DNA from: Bdellovibrionales bacterium
Lineage (GTDB): Bacteria; Bdellovibrionota; Bdellovibrionia; Bdellovibrionales; JAGQZY01
Length of the DNA stretch: 64,000 nt
Assembly (NCBI GenBank): GCA_964230645.1
Contig: CAXRHT010000002.1
Location: 1,248,395-1,312,394 of the forward strand
Reading direction: 5' to 3'
The notes below the pieces were generated by a model, which searched no databases, had not been told where the DNA came from, and saw only the letters and a list, made by a program, of their open reading frames with translations. The position numbers were made by a program, and so were the translations under genes. This document shows, one piece after another, positions 55,281 to 64,000 of this stretch. Position 1 is the stretch's first letter, and each line of letters opens with the position of its first letter.

Positions 55281-56768
55281 TCAGTGCCTGAAGTGCCTTC
55301 GGCCTGTAAAGACCATAGGAATGTTCAATTCTTTGGCTTTGGCTATGACAGCCTCATCTTTGATCGATCCTCCTGGTTGAATGATCGCTTTCACGCCATG
55401 CTTGGCCGCCAATTCGATCGAGTCTGGAAAAGGGAAAAAGGCATCACTGGCCAGATAAAGATTTTTTTCTTCGGGATGAAACTGCTTTGAACGGGCAAAG
55501 GCCTGCTCAACAGCATCCACTCGATTGACCTGCCCCATACCAAGTCCTAAAGATTGATTCTCGTTGGTTACAGAGATCGCGTTACTTTTTAAACAAGAAC
55601 AAATCTTCCAGGAAAACTCTAGGGCTTTCCAATCTTTCTCACTGAGTTCTCCGCTAACAAGCTTCCAGCTATCACTGCGCTCGGCCACTTGGTCCGGCGT
55701 TTGTATCACTTCGCCGCCAAGAATAGTGCGAGTTAAGTTTTCTAAATCTTGCTTTTTGTGATCGGGCATCTCTGGCCACTCTAAAATGCGCAGGTTCTTT
55801 TTAGTTTTAAAATGTTCTTTTGCCTCTTTAGAAAACTGCGGCGCCACCACACATTCCAAAAAAAGCTGTGTTAACATTTTTGCGCATTCAAGGTCGACCT
55901 CTTCATTAAGAGCGATGATTCCGCCAAAAACGCTGACCGGATCGGCTTTTAATGACTTTTCTAGAGCTGTTTGAATATCTTCGGCTGTGGCCGCTCCGCA
56001 AGGATTATTGTGTTTGACTGAAATCACACAGGGCTTATCGAACAAGAAAAGAGCTCTTAATGCTGCATCTAAATCGAGAAGATTATTATAGGAGAGTTCT
56101 TTACCTTGAAGAATTTCCGCTTGGTGAAGTCCCCAGTGGGTCCGGCTTTGCCACCATCCCTGTTGCTGAGGGTTTTCGCCATAGCGAAGTTCTTTAATCT
56201 CTCCATCACCGCTCAAATAGCTTTGTATAAGATGATCATATTCGCTCACATGACGAAAAACTTTTGCGGCTAGTTTCTGACGATCGGCTTTGTTGAGTTC
56301 TTTTTTTTCGCTTACCCATTTGTAGTCACTGGGGTCGCAAAGAACGGTAACACTTTCAAAGTTTTTTGCCGCAGCCCTTAACAACGTGGGTCCACCAATA
56401 TCAATCTTTTCAATCATCTCTTCCGCACTGGCTTTTTGCTCCAATGCCTCCCGAAAGGGATAAAGATTGACGAGGACAAGGTCAAAGGCCTCTAAGTTAT
56501 ACTCACTCAAGGTTTTTTGATCTTCAGGAACGGATTGTCTTTGTAGTAGTGGCATATGGATATGGGGATGAAGGGTTTTCACTCGCCCGCCCATGACCTC
56601 TGGAAACTGGGTCTGATCGCTGACCTTGACCACTTCAAAGCCTTTTTCTTCCAAATACCGAGCTGTACCACCTGAGGAAACAATTCTTAATCCCTTTTCA
56701 CTCAAGGGTTTTAAAAATTCTTCAAGACCTTCTTTATTTGAAACACTGACTAGGGCATTTTTATACAT
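55281..56768 (-). CDS. purH: Bifunctional AICAR transformylase / IMP cyclohydrolase
   Basis: MGS-like N-terminus ALVSVSNKEGL...GGRVKTLHP and AICARFT C-terminus ending RHFRH. Confidence 0.95.
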   Translation of the reverse strand: MYKNALVSVSNKEGLEEFLKPLSEKGLRIVSSGGTARYLEEKGFEVVKVSDQTQFPEVMGGRVKTLHPHIHMPLLQRQSVPEDQKTLSEYNLEAFDLVLVNLYPFREALEQKASAEEMIEKIDIGGPTLLRAAAKNFESVTVLCDPSDYKWVSEKKELNKADRQKLAAKVFRHVSEYDHLIQSYLSGDGEIKELRYGENPQQQGWWQSRTHWGLHQAEILQGKELSYNNLLDLDAALRALFLFDKPCVISVKHNNPCGAATAEDIQTALEKSLKADPVSVFGGIIALNEEVDLECAKMLTQLFLECVVAPQFSKEAKEHFKTKKNLRILEWPEMPDHKKQDLENLTRTILGGEVIQTPDQVAERSDSWKLVSGELSEKDWKALEFSWKICSCLKSNAISVTNENQSLGLGMGQVNRVDAVEQAFARSKQFHPEEKNLYLASDAFFPFPDSIELAAKHGVKAIIQPGGSIKDEAVIAKAKELNIPMVFTGRRHFRH

Positions 56769-56777
56769 CGCTCTTCC

Positions 56778-58154
56778 TTAGAAACTCATGGTTGATAGAA
56801 GAACTTTTATATCGTCGTTTGTCAGATAGAGTCCAGCTCCAATGAAGCTCGACGCATTGTCATTTCCGTTGGCAAAAATGTACTGCTGCCCACCAACGAC
56901 ATACATTCCTTTAAAGAAACTGTAGCGAAGGTAGGCGCGAACATTAGGTGTTTGAAAATCAAAGGCATCAAAAGAGGCGCGAAAACGGTTATTGTAGAAG
57001 TTGTATTCCACTCCCAAACCACCACGAGACTCCATCATTCCTCCCTTAATGGTCCAATTGTAGAATTTTTTACCGAATAGAGCCGTTAGACGTAATTTGT
57101 AATCATGTCGGGTTTCTTGAACCGTCGTCACAGGAGCTGCACCATCCACTGTGTTTGTTTGAGAAAATCTTGTGATGACTCCGTCAGGAGAGGTAATTCC
57201 AGCCAACTCATAAAAACGGTCTAAGCCTGGCTGAATACGCACGCCAATGTAAGATCTTACACCATCACCATTCATCAAAACGTGAGAGTAGTAATCGAAG
57301 TTTGTTTGAAGTTTATTACCAGCATCAATAAAATTGTTAATTCCTTCGATCGCTGTATTGACCTGCTCAACCGTTTCCTCGTCGTTAATTAATCGTCCAA
57401 TGGTTCCTTCCCCACGATTAATTTTCCCAGATATTTCATCGATATTTCCAAGGGCACTCTCTAGGCGTTCCATGGAGGAATTAAAGCGTGCTCGGAAGCC
57501 GTCATCACTACGGTCATTGATCATTTCATCCAAAGAGGCTGTCACATTATTGAGGTGATCAATAAGATCTCCCACCTCATCCTTTTTGTCTGCCATAAGG
57601 TCGGAAAGATCAGTGGTGATCCTTTCTATATTCTTGACGATCTTACCAATGGGCTTAGTATCATCGCCTTCTGTGGCGTCTCGAATATTATCGATCACCT
57701 CACCTAAGCTTTGAGTGATTTTACTGACCTCTGTAACGATTCGATCAAGGGATGCGTTGTCTTCAACAACAACGATTTGCTCTTTGTTTTCTAATACGGG
57801 GTCATTCATGGAACCAGGAATGATTTCAATATGTTTGTCACCAAGAATCCCGTTGGCACGCACTTCAATTTTTGAAGACTGGGTCAAAACGACATCCGGT
57901 CGAATGGCCATAAGAACAACGGCCTTCCCCTCTTTAAGCTGAATGTCTTCAATGATACCGACCCGGATTCCAGCCACGTTCACTGGAGAGTTTTTGATCA
58001 GCCCCCCGGCATTTTCGATTTCAAACCAAATTCTTTTGGTTCCGCCGATAAAGTTGGGGCTTTCACTCACACGCATGGACATCACACCCACAAGGCAGGC
58101 TACCACAATGACCAGCATTCCAACTTTGAATTCGGGGGTGCGAAGAAGATTCAT
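56778..58154 (-). CDS. mlaD: MCE/MlaD-family protein with long C-terminal extension (458 aa)
   Basis: N-terminal TM plus MCE domain (res ~40-125), a long helical region, and a beta-rich C-terminus ending ...LLSTMSF. Its stop overlaps the end of mlaF. Confidence 0.8.
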   Translation of the reverse strand: MNLLRTPEFKVGMLVIVVACLVGVMSMRVSESPNFIGGTKRIWFEIENAGGLIKNSPVNVAGIRVGIIEDIQLKEGKAVVLMAIRPDVVLTQSSKIEVRANGILGDKHIEIIPGSMNDPVLENKEQIVVVEDNASLDRIVTEVSKITQSLGEVIDNIRDATEGDDTKPIGKIVKNIERITTDLSDLMADKKDEVGDLIDHLNNVTASLDEMINDRSDDGFRARFNSSMERLESALGNIDEISGKINRGEGTIGRLINDEETVEQVNTAIEGINNFIDAGNKLQTNFDYYSHVLMNGDGVRSYIGVRIQPGLDRFYELAGITSPDGVITRFSQTNTVDGAAPVTTVQETRHDYKLRLTALFGKKFYNWTIKGGMMESRGGLGVEYNFYNNRFRASFDAFDFQTPNVRAYLRYSFFKGMYVVGGQQYIFANGNDNASSFIGAGLYLTNDDIKVLLSTMSF

Positions 58155-58915
58155 TTCTTGCGAACTCCTTTAGAAACAAAACGTGAGACTAAAGGGTTAT
58201 CGGATTCCATAAAATCTTTTGGAGTCCCGTAAAGTAATACCTTGCCGCTGTCTAACATTGCTACATAATCTCCGATGCGAAAAGCTGCATGTAAGTCATG
58301 GGACACCACCAATGACGCAGTGTCCTCTTTATGATTATGCGTGCTTAGAATCAAATTATCCACCATTTCCGTTAAAATTGGATCAAGACCCGTCGTTGGT
58401 TCGTCATAAACCAGGATATCTGGATCTAGGGCCAAGGCACGAGCTAGACCACAACGCTTTCTCATTCCTCCCGAAACTTCGCCCGGCAATTTGTTGTAGT
58501 GCTTTTCGTCCAGTCCTGATTGCTTGAGCTTTTCGTAAGCAATCTCTTTTACTTGGTTTTTTGATAATTCTTTACGATGTTCGTTGAGTGGAAATTTCAC
58601 GTTCTCAAGAATTGTTCGGTCGTCAAAAAGTGCGGCGTACTGAAACAAAACACCAAAATGTTTTCTCATTTTGACTGTCTCAGCATCACTCATTTTAGAA
58701 ATATCTCGTCCTAAAATTTTAATGCTTCCCGCTGTCGGTTTAAGCAAACCAAGGATGTGTTTGAGAAGAACACTTTTTCCCGTTCCGCTAAAACCAATAA
58801 TAACGGTGATCTTTCCTTTTGGAATTTCTAAGTTGATACCATTAAGAACATAATCCCCTTCGGTGAAGGATTTTTTTAGATTATTAATCTCAATGGCATT
58901 TTCTTTCTCGCCCAT
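58151..58915 (-). CDS. mlaF: ABC transporter ATP-binding protein (MlaF-like)
   Basis: Walker A GFSGTGKS, signature VSGGMRKR, Walker B ILVYDEPT. Confidence 0.9.
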   Translation of the reverse strand: MGEKENAIEINNLKKSFTEGDYVLNGINLEIPKGKITVIIGFSGTGKSVLLKHILGLLKPTAGSIKILGRDISKMSDAETVKMRKHFGVLFQYAALFDDRTILENVKFPLNEHRKELSKNQVKEIAYEKLKQSGLDEKHYNKLPGEVSGGMRKRCGLARALALDPDILVYDEPTTGLDPILTEMVDNLILSTHNHKEDTASLVVSHDLHAAFRIGDYVAMLDSGKVLLYGTPKDFMESDNPLVSRFVSKGVRKK

Positions 58916-58934
58916 AGGCCCTGCTGCTTCTCCA

Positions 58935-59762
58935 TCATGCTGTCAATTTGTAGTAAATCTCGATAAGGTTCATTAAAAAGAAATCTAGAATAATAATCAT
59001 AACCATACTAAGGACAACACCTCGGTTGGTGGCATCCCCAACACCGCGAGCCCCCCCACTGGTGTTGTAGCCTCTATAGCAGCAGATCAAAGAGAAAACC
59101 GCTCCGAAGACCGCACCCTTTATTAAGCCCTCATTGATGTGGGCTGGGTTGAGCCAAAGAGCTGTTTTATCCCAGAAGATCGCCTCATCCATTTCCAAAA
59201 CTCGAATACATAAAAAGTAGGAGCCGATCATGGCCACAAAATCAAAAACTCCTGTTAGTAGTGGAAGAGAAATGATTGAGGCCCATAACCTTGGAGCCAC
59301 CAAATATTCTTGAGGGTCAACTCCCATTACTTCGAGGGCATCGATCTGCTCGGACACACGCATGGACCCAAGGTTGGCGGCCATAGCTCCACCGGCACGG
59401 GCGGCTACAATTAATCCGGTTAGTACAGGACCTAACTCTCTTGCGATACCCATAGCGACAATGGGACCTGTTAAACTGGTTGCATTGACAAGGCGAAAAC
59501 CGAGATAGACTTGAAAAGATAAGGCCATTCCAGTGAATGTCCCCGTGAGAACAACAATAAAAATGGATTTGTTCCCAATGAACTCCATCTGCTGAATGAA
59601 CTCTTTAAAACGATAGGGCTTTGAAAAAAAGGTTTTAAGAGAGTAGGCTCCAAACGAAAAAACCGCCCCAACTTCATAAATAAAACCTTCAATGGTTTCC
59701 CAGATGGTCCCAAAAACAAGGTCAAAAAAATCATTAACCTTTTGCCTAACCGTTTCGCTCAA
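58935..59762 (-). CDS. mlaE: ABC transporter permease (MlaE-like)
   Basis: MlaE-type multi-TM protein. TTG start 2 nt after the alr stop. Confidence 0.85.
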   Translation of the reverse strand: MSETVRQKVNDFFDLVFGTIWETIEGFIYEVGAVFSFGAYSLKTFFSKPYRFKEFIQQMEFIGNKSIFIVVLTGTFTGMALSFQVYLGFRLVNATSLTGPIVAMGIARELGPVLTGLIVAARAGGAMAANLGSMRVSEQIDALEVMGVDPQEYLVAPRLWASIISLPLLTGVFDFVAMIGSYFLCIRVLEMDEAIFWDKTALWLNPAHINEGLIKGAVFGAVFSLICCYRGYNTSGGARGVGDATNRGVVLSMVMIIILDFFLMNLIEIYYKLTA

Positions 59763-59764
59763 AC

Positions 59765-60892
59765 TTATTCTCCGTAGTGCCTTGGCACTCTCTCACTAAT
59801 TCCCGTTACCACTTCATAAGTGATGCGTCCGGCTTTCCTGGAGAACTCTTCCACCAGGATTTCTTCTTGCCCCTGTTTACCAATAAGGACCACCTCTTCA
59901 CCGATGAGATCTTTTTTCGGAGTTAACCCAGAAAGATCCACCATAGTGTAGTCCATGCAAACACGTCCTCGAATGGGAACTCTTTTTTCTCGCACAAGAA
60001 ACTCCCCTTCATTGGATAGGCTGCGGCAAACACCATCGGCGTACCCAGCCGGAACAATTCCAATCAAAGAGTCTTTGGAAGCTTTCCAAGTTCCACCGTA
60101 AGACACCACTTCTCCTGATTTTACTTCCTGAGTCGCAACAATTTTAGACTTATACTCCATAACAGGACTAACGAGAGGCTTCATCGGCAGATCCTCTTCC
60201 GGATCAATACCATAGGATAGGAGACCCGGACGCAGTCCGTACTCAAGATTGAGACCTTCTAAATGAAGCCTGGCTGTGGCTGCCGAATTATAAGCGTGGA
60301 GAAAAACTGAGGAGTTTTGAAACTGCTGGTAAGCTTTTTTGAAGTTTATAAGTTGCTGATCTGTGGATGAGCCAGTGAGATGAATATTGTCTCCTGAGGC
60401 CAAGTGAGTGCAAAGCCCCTGGACCTTTAGGTGGGAGTTTTTCGCAAGGCTCTTTTTAAGTGCCTCTAATTCACTCAATTGAAAGCCTAAGCGATTCATA
60501 CCGGTATTGAATTTTAAATGGATTTTTGTGTCGGTCTTGGCTTGCTTAACAAGTTCTCCAAGTTGATCAAAGTTTGAAACAATAGCAACAAAATTATTTT
60601 TTAGGATCTCTTCGACGGCTTCTTTTCCAGTAAAGTTAAACACTAATAAATGAGCTTTCACTCCGCTGATATAAAGACCTATGGCCTCTTCTACCGAAGA
60701 CACTCCCAAAAATTGACAGTTTAATTTTTCAACTAGAGTTTGGCTGACAGCCACATCACCATGTCCGTAGGCATTGGCCTTCACCATAGGGCAAAGAAAG
60801 CCAGATGGTTTTGAAAGTTTTTTTAATTCTTTATAGTTTTCCACCAGGCGATCGAGATGAATAACAAGATGGGTGGGGCGCAGCTGATCCAT
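59765..60892 (-). CDS. alr: Alanine racemase
   Basis: PLP-lysine motif MVKANAYGHG. The C-terminal beta-domain contains VSYGG. Confidence 0.92.
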   Translation of the reverse strand: MDQLRPTHLVIHLDRLVENYKELKKLSKPSGFLCPMVKANAYGHGDVAVSQTLVEKLNCQFLGVSSVEEAIGLYISGVKAHLLVFNFTGKEAVEEILKNNFVAIVSNFDQLGELVKQAKTDTKIHLKFNTGMNRLGFQLSELEALKKSLAKNSHLKVQGLCTHLASGDNIHLTGSSTDQQLINFKKAYQQFQNSSVFLHAYNSAATARLHLEGLNLEYGLRPGLLSYGIDPEEDLPMKPLVSPVMEYKSKIVATQEVKSGEVVSYGGTWKASKDSLIGIVPAGYADGVCRSLSNEGEFLVREKRVPIRGRVCMDYTMVDLSGLTPKKDLIGEEVVLIGKQGQEEILVEEFSRKAGRITYEVVTGISERVPRHYGE

Positions 60893-61149
60893 GGTTGTAT
60901 TTTATCGAGCCTCAATGCTTTTGGGCTGTCACAGTGCAGAAGGTTTTTTTGTAAAAAATCATAGTTGAAACCCACTAACTTCTCTCATTTCCTCAAGAAA
61001 TTTTATTTTTCTATTCTCACTTTGAGAATTTTAATTCACTTTTTCTAGCAAGGGATCTTCCTTGGAAGACAGATTAAACGGACTTGAGAAACCCTATTCT
61101 CATTTGGCGACACACTCTAAAAAACTGGCACAAAATAGCCCCGTATTTT

Positions 61150-61176
61150 TTCACTTTTCTCTTATATTGCCGATAA
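61150..61176 (+). promoter_or_regulatory. Sigma-28-type promoter of the second fibre gene
   Basis: TTCACTTT-N11-GCCGATAA, where the -10 is a perfect match to the consensus I recall. It is followed by GTATAT and then GTG 61183. Confidence 0.45.
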
Positions 61177-61182
61177 GTATAT

Positions 61183-64000
61183 GTGCACGTTAGTAGAGGA
61201 TTTTTTTTATTTTTAGGGCTTTTATTATCAGCCTCATTTTCTTTCGCCGCCCCGGCGAAGTTTACCTATCAAGGTCAAATCATCAAACCCAATGGTCAAC
61301 CTCTTGAAGACAGTAATGTGGCCTTCAGAATAGAAATTGTTTCTCCAGGGCCTGAAGCTTGTATTCTCTATGAAGAAACTCATACCTTGAATATGTCAGC
61401 TTCAAACGGAATTTTTAGTGTCACAGTGGGTGAGGGCGCTCGCCCCGGTGACGGAAGTTTTGAAGACCTCACAACTCTTCGCGACGCTCTTGATAATTCC
61501 ACAGGACTTGTTTCTCCCACCGATTGCACAGGGGGGCCTAATTACACCCCTGCGATCGATGATGGCAGAAAATTGAGAGTCACTTTTAACGATGGATCCG
61601 GACCTGTGACTCTGACTCAAGATCACAACGTGGTCAGTGTACCTTTTGCTAGCAGTGCTCACAGTGTGAGTGGGCTCACGGCAACGGACTTATTAACTAT
61701 TCGTGATGATGCCAGTTTTCAATTAAACCAAGCCAATCTGGAAACTGTTTTTTCAAATGCCAACTGGGCGGAACTCCAAGCCCTTCTTGATGGTTCGAGC
61801 AGCAGTTTTGTGCAACCAGCCCCCACGGGGGATGTGGACAATAATAACCAAAAAATCGTCAACCTGGCAGACCCTGATCCAAATGAAGGAAAGGATGCTG
61901 TTAATGTCGATTACGCCAATAGCTACATCGGTGGACAGGCAGTGGACACAGCTGACCTCAGCACTTTGGCCGTTGGGAATGCTGACGAAGTTTTAACCTG
62001 GAACGGAACCCAGTGGACTTCAACCAGTATTCCCGAGGACACGACAAAACTCAACAAAGCCGGTGACACCATGAGTGGCACGCTTAATATGGGCAATAAT
62101 GACATCACCAATATTAACAATCTCTCTGTTAACTCCACCATCTCTGTGACTGGAGGAATTGGAGTGGGCACAGGGATTAATTCCGGTGGGACCATTAATT
62201 TACAAAATGAAAACGCACTTCAGTTTTCTGAAAACTCTGGTAACGGCACTAACTTCGTTTCTTTAAAAGCTCCCAATGCACTCGCTAGCGATTTGAGCTG
62301 GACACTTCCGAGCACTCAAGGCACTCCAGGGCAGATGCTACAAGCCGGAACAGGCGGAACTCTATCCTGGGCAGATCCTAGTGCCATCGGCTATCTTCAA
62401 GATGGTGGTAATAGCACTGGAGCTTCCATTCGTGTGGGAACGAACGATTCACAGTCTCTTGAACTTGAAACTAACAACACTGCGCGAATGACTTTAGACA
62501 GCACAGGTGATGTGGGAATCGGTACGACAAATCCATGGGAACGACTGACCGTTGTAGGTGGAGGAATATCCGTTCAAGATACTATAAATGGAGGGACTGC
62601 GACGGCTTTGTCTCTCAATAACCCCCACGCAGGATTTGGTGGTCCAAGAGTTGGTATGGATTTTAGCTTGGGCACAGGAAGCGTGACCTATTCAAGAATT
62701 TCATCGGGAGCCGAAGCCTCTAACCGTGGGTCTCTTCGCTTTTTTACTCGAGGTACTACACCTTCTATTGGTATTTATGAAAGAATGACTATTAACGAGG
62801 ATGGAAATGTTGGAATCGGTACGTCCGATCCTTCAGAGCGTCTTGAGGTGAACGGTACTATACGTAGCCAGGACTTGGTAGTTCAGGGGACAACTGGTTC
62901 TGCCCATAGTGTTTATATTTCTAATGCTTCCAACGGAATATACTTGGGAGTTGACGGCTATGAAAATGGGACGATAAATGTAGAAAGATCCAACTCCGAC
63001 CTTCGATTCCAAATTGCCGGTTCAGATCAAATGAGAATTCTTGATTCAGGAAATGTAGGTATTGGGACATCAAACCCCTCCACTAAATTAGAGGTAAACG
63101 GGACCCTCACGGCTTCGGCTTATGTCGGAAATGGGTCGGGACTCACAAACGTCACTTCAACAAGCTCTACCTCCTCTACTAATACTAGTAACTATATTAT
63201 TAATTCGGACTCCGACAACACTGGTGCTGATGGAGGAGTGAGTTTTCAAACCAACGGCTCAACCGTCGCTTCCGTAAGTGCCTCAGGTCAGCTTAATGGA
63301 AACTCTGGTTCTGTGGGCTCTGTTGGCATCGGATTTCAAGGAGACTCTGATACCGGGCTCTACTCCCCTATTGTGGATACGGTTTCACTATCCGCTGGTG
63401 GCATTGAGGGGTTGAGAATCAACAATACTCCCAGTGGTGTGAACTATGTTGAACTTTATCCTGGGGCCACTGGAGCTGGACCAACTATCGCTTCGGCTGG
63501 AAGTGATACTAATATTGATATCAATTTTACTCCCAAAGGGTCTGGACATAGTATTTTTACATCAGGACGGGTTGGCCTCGGCGTCTCTAACCCCTCTGAA
63601 CGCCTTGATGTGCAAGGAAACATTAATTTATCAGGTCGTATTTTTGGTGGAGAAACGGATTCGTACCTCGATATCCACGGTGGCGGAGGGCGAATCATAG
63701 GTAACAATAGAACAGTGATTAGTGGCTCAAAAGGCTCACAGCTTAACATTAGTGTAGGCGATGAACTAGAAGCGGGGTCGGGTCGCATTCGAATGAAACT
63801 CGACACTGGCTTTCGTGATGACACGCCCGACGCCACTGTTGAAATTAGTGCGGATGGTTCGACGACCGGAAGTGCTTTTATGGTGAGTTCCGATGATAAT
63901 AATGATGGAGATCTTGTTAATATCTTAAAGAATGGCGATGTCGGCATTGGAACCTCGAGTCCTTCTTCAAAATTTGAGGTGGTTGGAACTGTTACCGCTT
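61183..64000 (+). CDS. Second giant fibre protein, 5' partial (open to window end, at least 939 codons)
   Basis: Not in the ORF track because no stop is reached. My hand translation of the 5' ~440 codons (61183 to about 62500) and of the last ~23 codons, both in frame 1, found no stop; the ORF track lists no competing frame-1 ORF in between. Starts GTGCACGTT: MHVSRGFFLFLGLLLSASFSFA|APAKFTYQGQIIKPNGQPLE..., collinear with the first ~410 aa of 40630..50373. It then reads DGGNSTGASIRVGTND...GDVGIGTTNP, and the last visible motif is GDVGIGTSSPSSKFEVVG. Confidence 0.85.
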   Translation, partial: MHVSRGFFLFLGLLLSASFSFAAPAKFTYQGQIIKPNGQPLEDSNVAFRIEIVSPGPEACILYEETHTLNMSASNGIFSVTVGEGARPGDGSFEDLTTLRDALDNSTGLVSPTDCTGGPNYTPAIDDGRKLRVTFNDGSGPVTLTQDHNVVSVPFASSAHSVSGLTATDLLTIRDDASFQLNQANLETVFSNANWAELQALLDGSSSSFVQPAPTGDVDNNNQKIVNLADPDPNEGKDAVNVDYANSYIGGQAVDTADLSTLAVGNADEVLTWNGTQWTSTSIPEDTTKLNKAGDTMSGTLNMGNNDITNINNLSVNSTISVTGGIGVGTGINSGGTINLQNENALQFSENSGNGTNFVSLKAPNALASDLSWTLPSTQGTPGQMLQAGTGGTLSWADPSAIGYLQDGGNSTGASIRVGTNDSQSLELETNNTARMTLDSTGDVGIGTTNPWERLTVVGGGISVQDTINGGTATALSLNNPHAGFGGPRVGMDFSLGTGSVTYSRISSGAEASNRGSLRFFTRGTTPSIGIYERMTINEDGNVGIGTSDPSERLEVNGTIRSQDLVVQGTTGSAHSVYISNASNGIYLGVDGYENGTINVERSNSDLRFQIAGSDQMRILDSGNVGIGTSNPSTKLEVNGTLTASAYVGNGSGLTNVTSTSSTSSTNTSNYIINSDSDNTGADGGVSFQTNGSTVASVSASGQLNGNSGSVGSVGIGFQGDSDTGLYSPIVDTVSLSAGGIEGLRINNTPSGVNYVELYPGATGAGPTIASAGSDTNIDINFTPKGSGHSIFTSGRVGLGVSNPSERLDVQGNINLSGRIFGGETDSYLDIHGGGGRIIGNNRTVISGSKGSQLNISVGDELEAGSGRIRMKLDTGFRDDTPDATVEISADGSTTGSAFMVSSDDNNDGDLVNILKNGDVGIGTSSPSSKFEVVGTVTA

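Noticed and set aside
61126-61140. Sigma-54 promoter TGGCAC-AAAAT-AGCC upstream of fibre 2
   Set aside because: The -12 GC is one position out of register and TTGC is not matched. Fibre 1 has no GG at the equivalent box. The sigma-28 reading fits both paralogues better.
40630-64000. Prophage or tailocin interpretation of the fibre genes
   Set aside because: There are no capsid, terminase, portal, baseplate, sheath, tube or lysis genes nearby. The neighbours are housekeeping genes. The only recombinase (Xer-type, 10.3 kb) is about 30 kb away and has chromosomal dimer-resolution features.

Overview
This is a 64-kb chromosomal window from a low-GC, Gram-negative, flagellated and piliated bacterium. 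Evidence for that: lipoboxes, outer-membrane proteins (OMPs) ending in an aromatic residue, MlaFED, flagellin and type IV pilins. The gene style reminds me of Bdellovibrio-like predators, but I cannot verify the taxon. I support about 50 CDSs. Housekeeping genes: clpB, fliC, a receiver-less sigma-54 activator, a Xer-type recombinase, gmhB, recO, mgtE, ugd plus a UDP-glucuronate decarboxylase, nuoB-CD-E-F-G-I, an S8 protease, a NUDIX hydrolase, rsmI, cysE, a yhaM-like gene, purH, mlaDFE and alr. No rRNA, tRNA, CRISPR array or prophage core genes were seen. The standout is a 9.7-kb single ORF (40630-50373, minus strand) encoding a 3247-aa secreted protein built from tail-fibre-like modules. A second paralogue starts at 61183 (plus strand) and runs off the window. 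The two share a collinear N-terminal region of about 410 aa and then use differently ordered modules. Both have a sigma-28-type promoter only 6 nt from an identical GTGCACGTT start. Other accessory-looking content: two tandem Cys-rich pilins; a Lys-rich/acidic diblock protein; a 6-gene island of secreted proteins that includes a lipoprotein with seven 195-bp tandem repeats; a MITE-like element with a 7-8 bp direct flank repeat plus a related triple-core copy; and a nuo operon that carries only peripheral-arm subunits.
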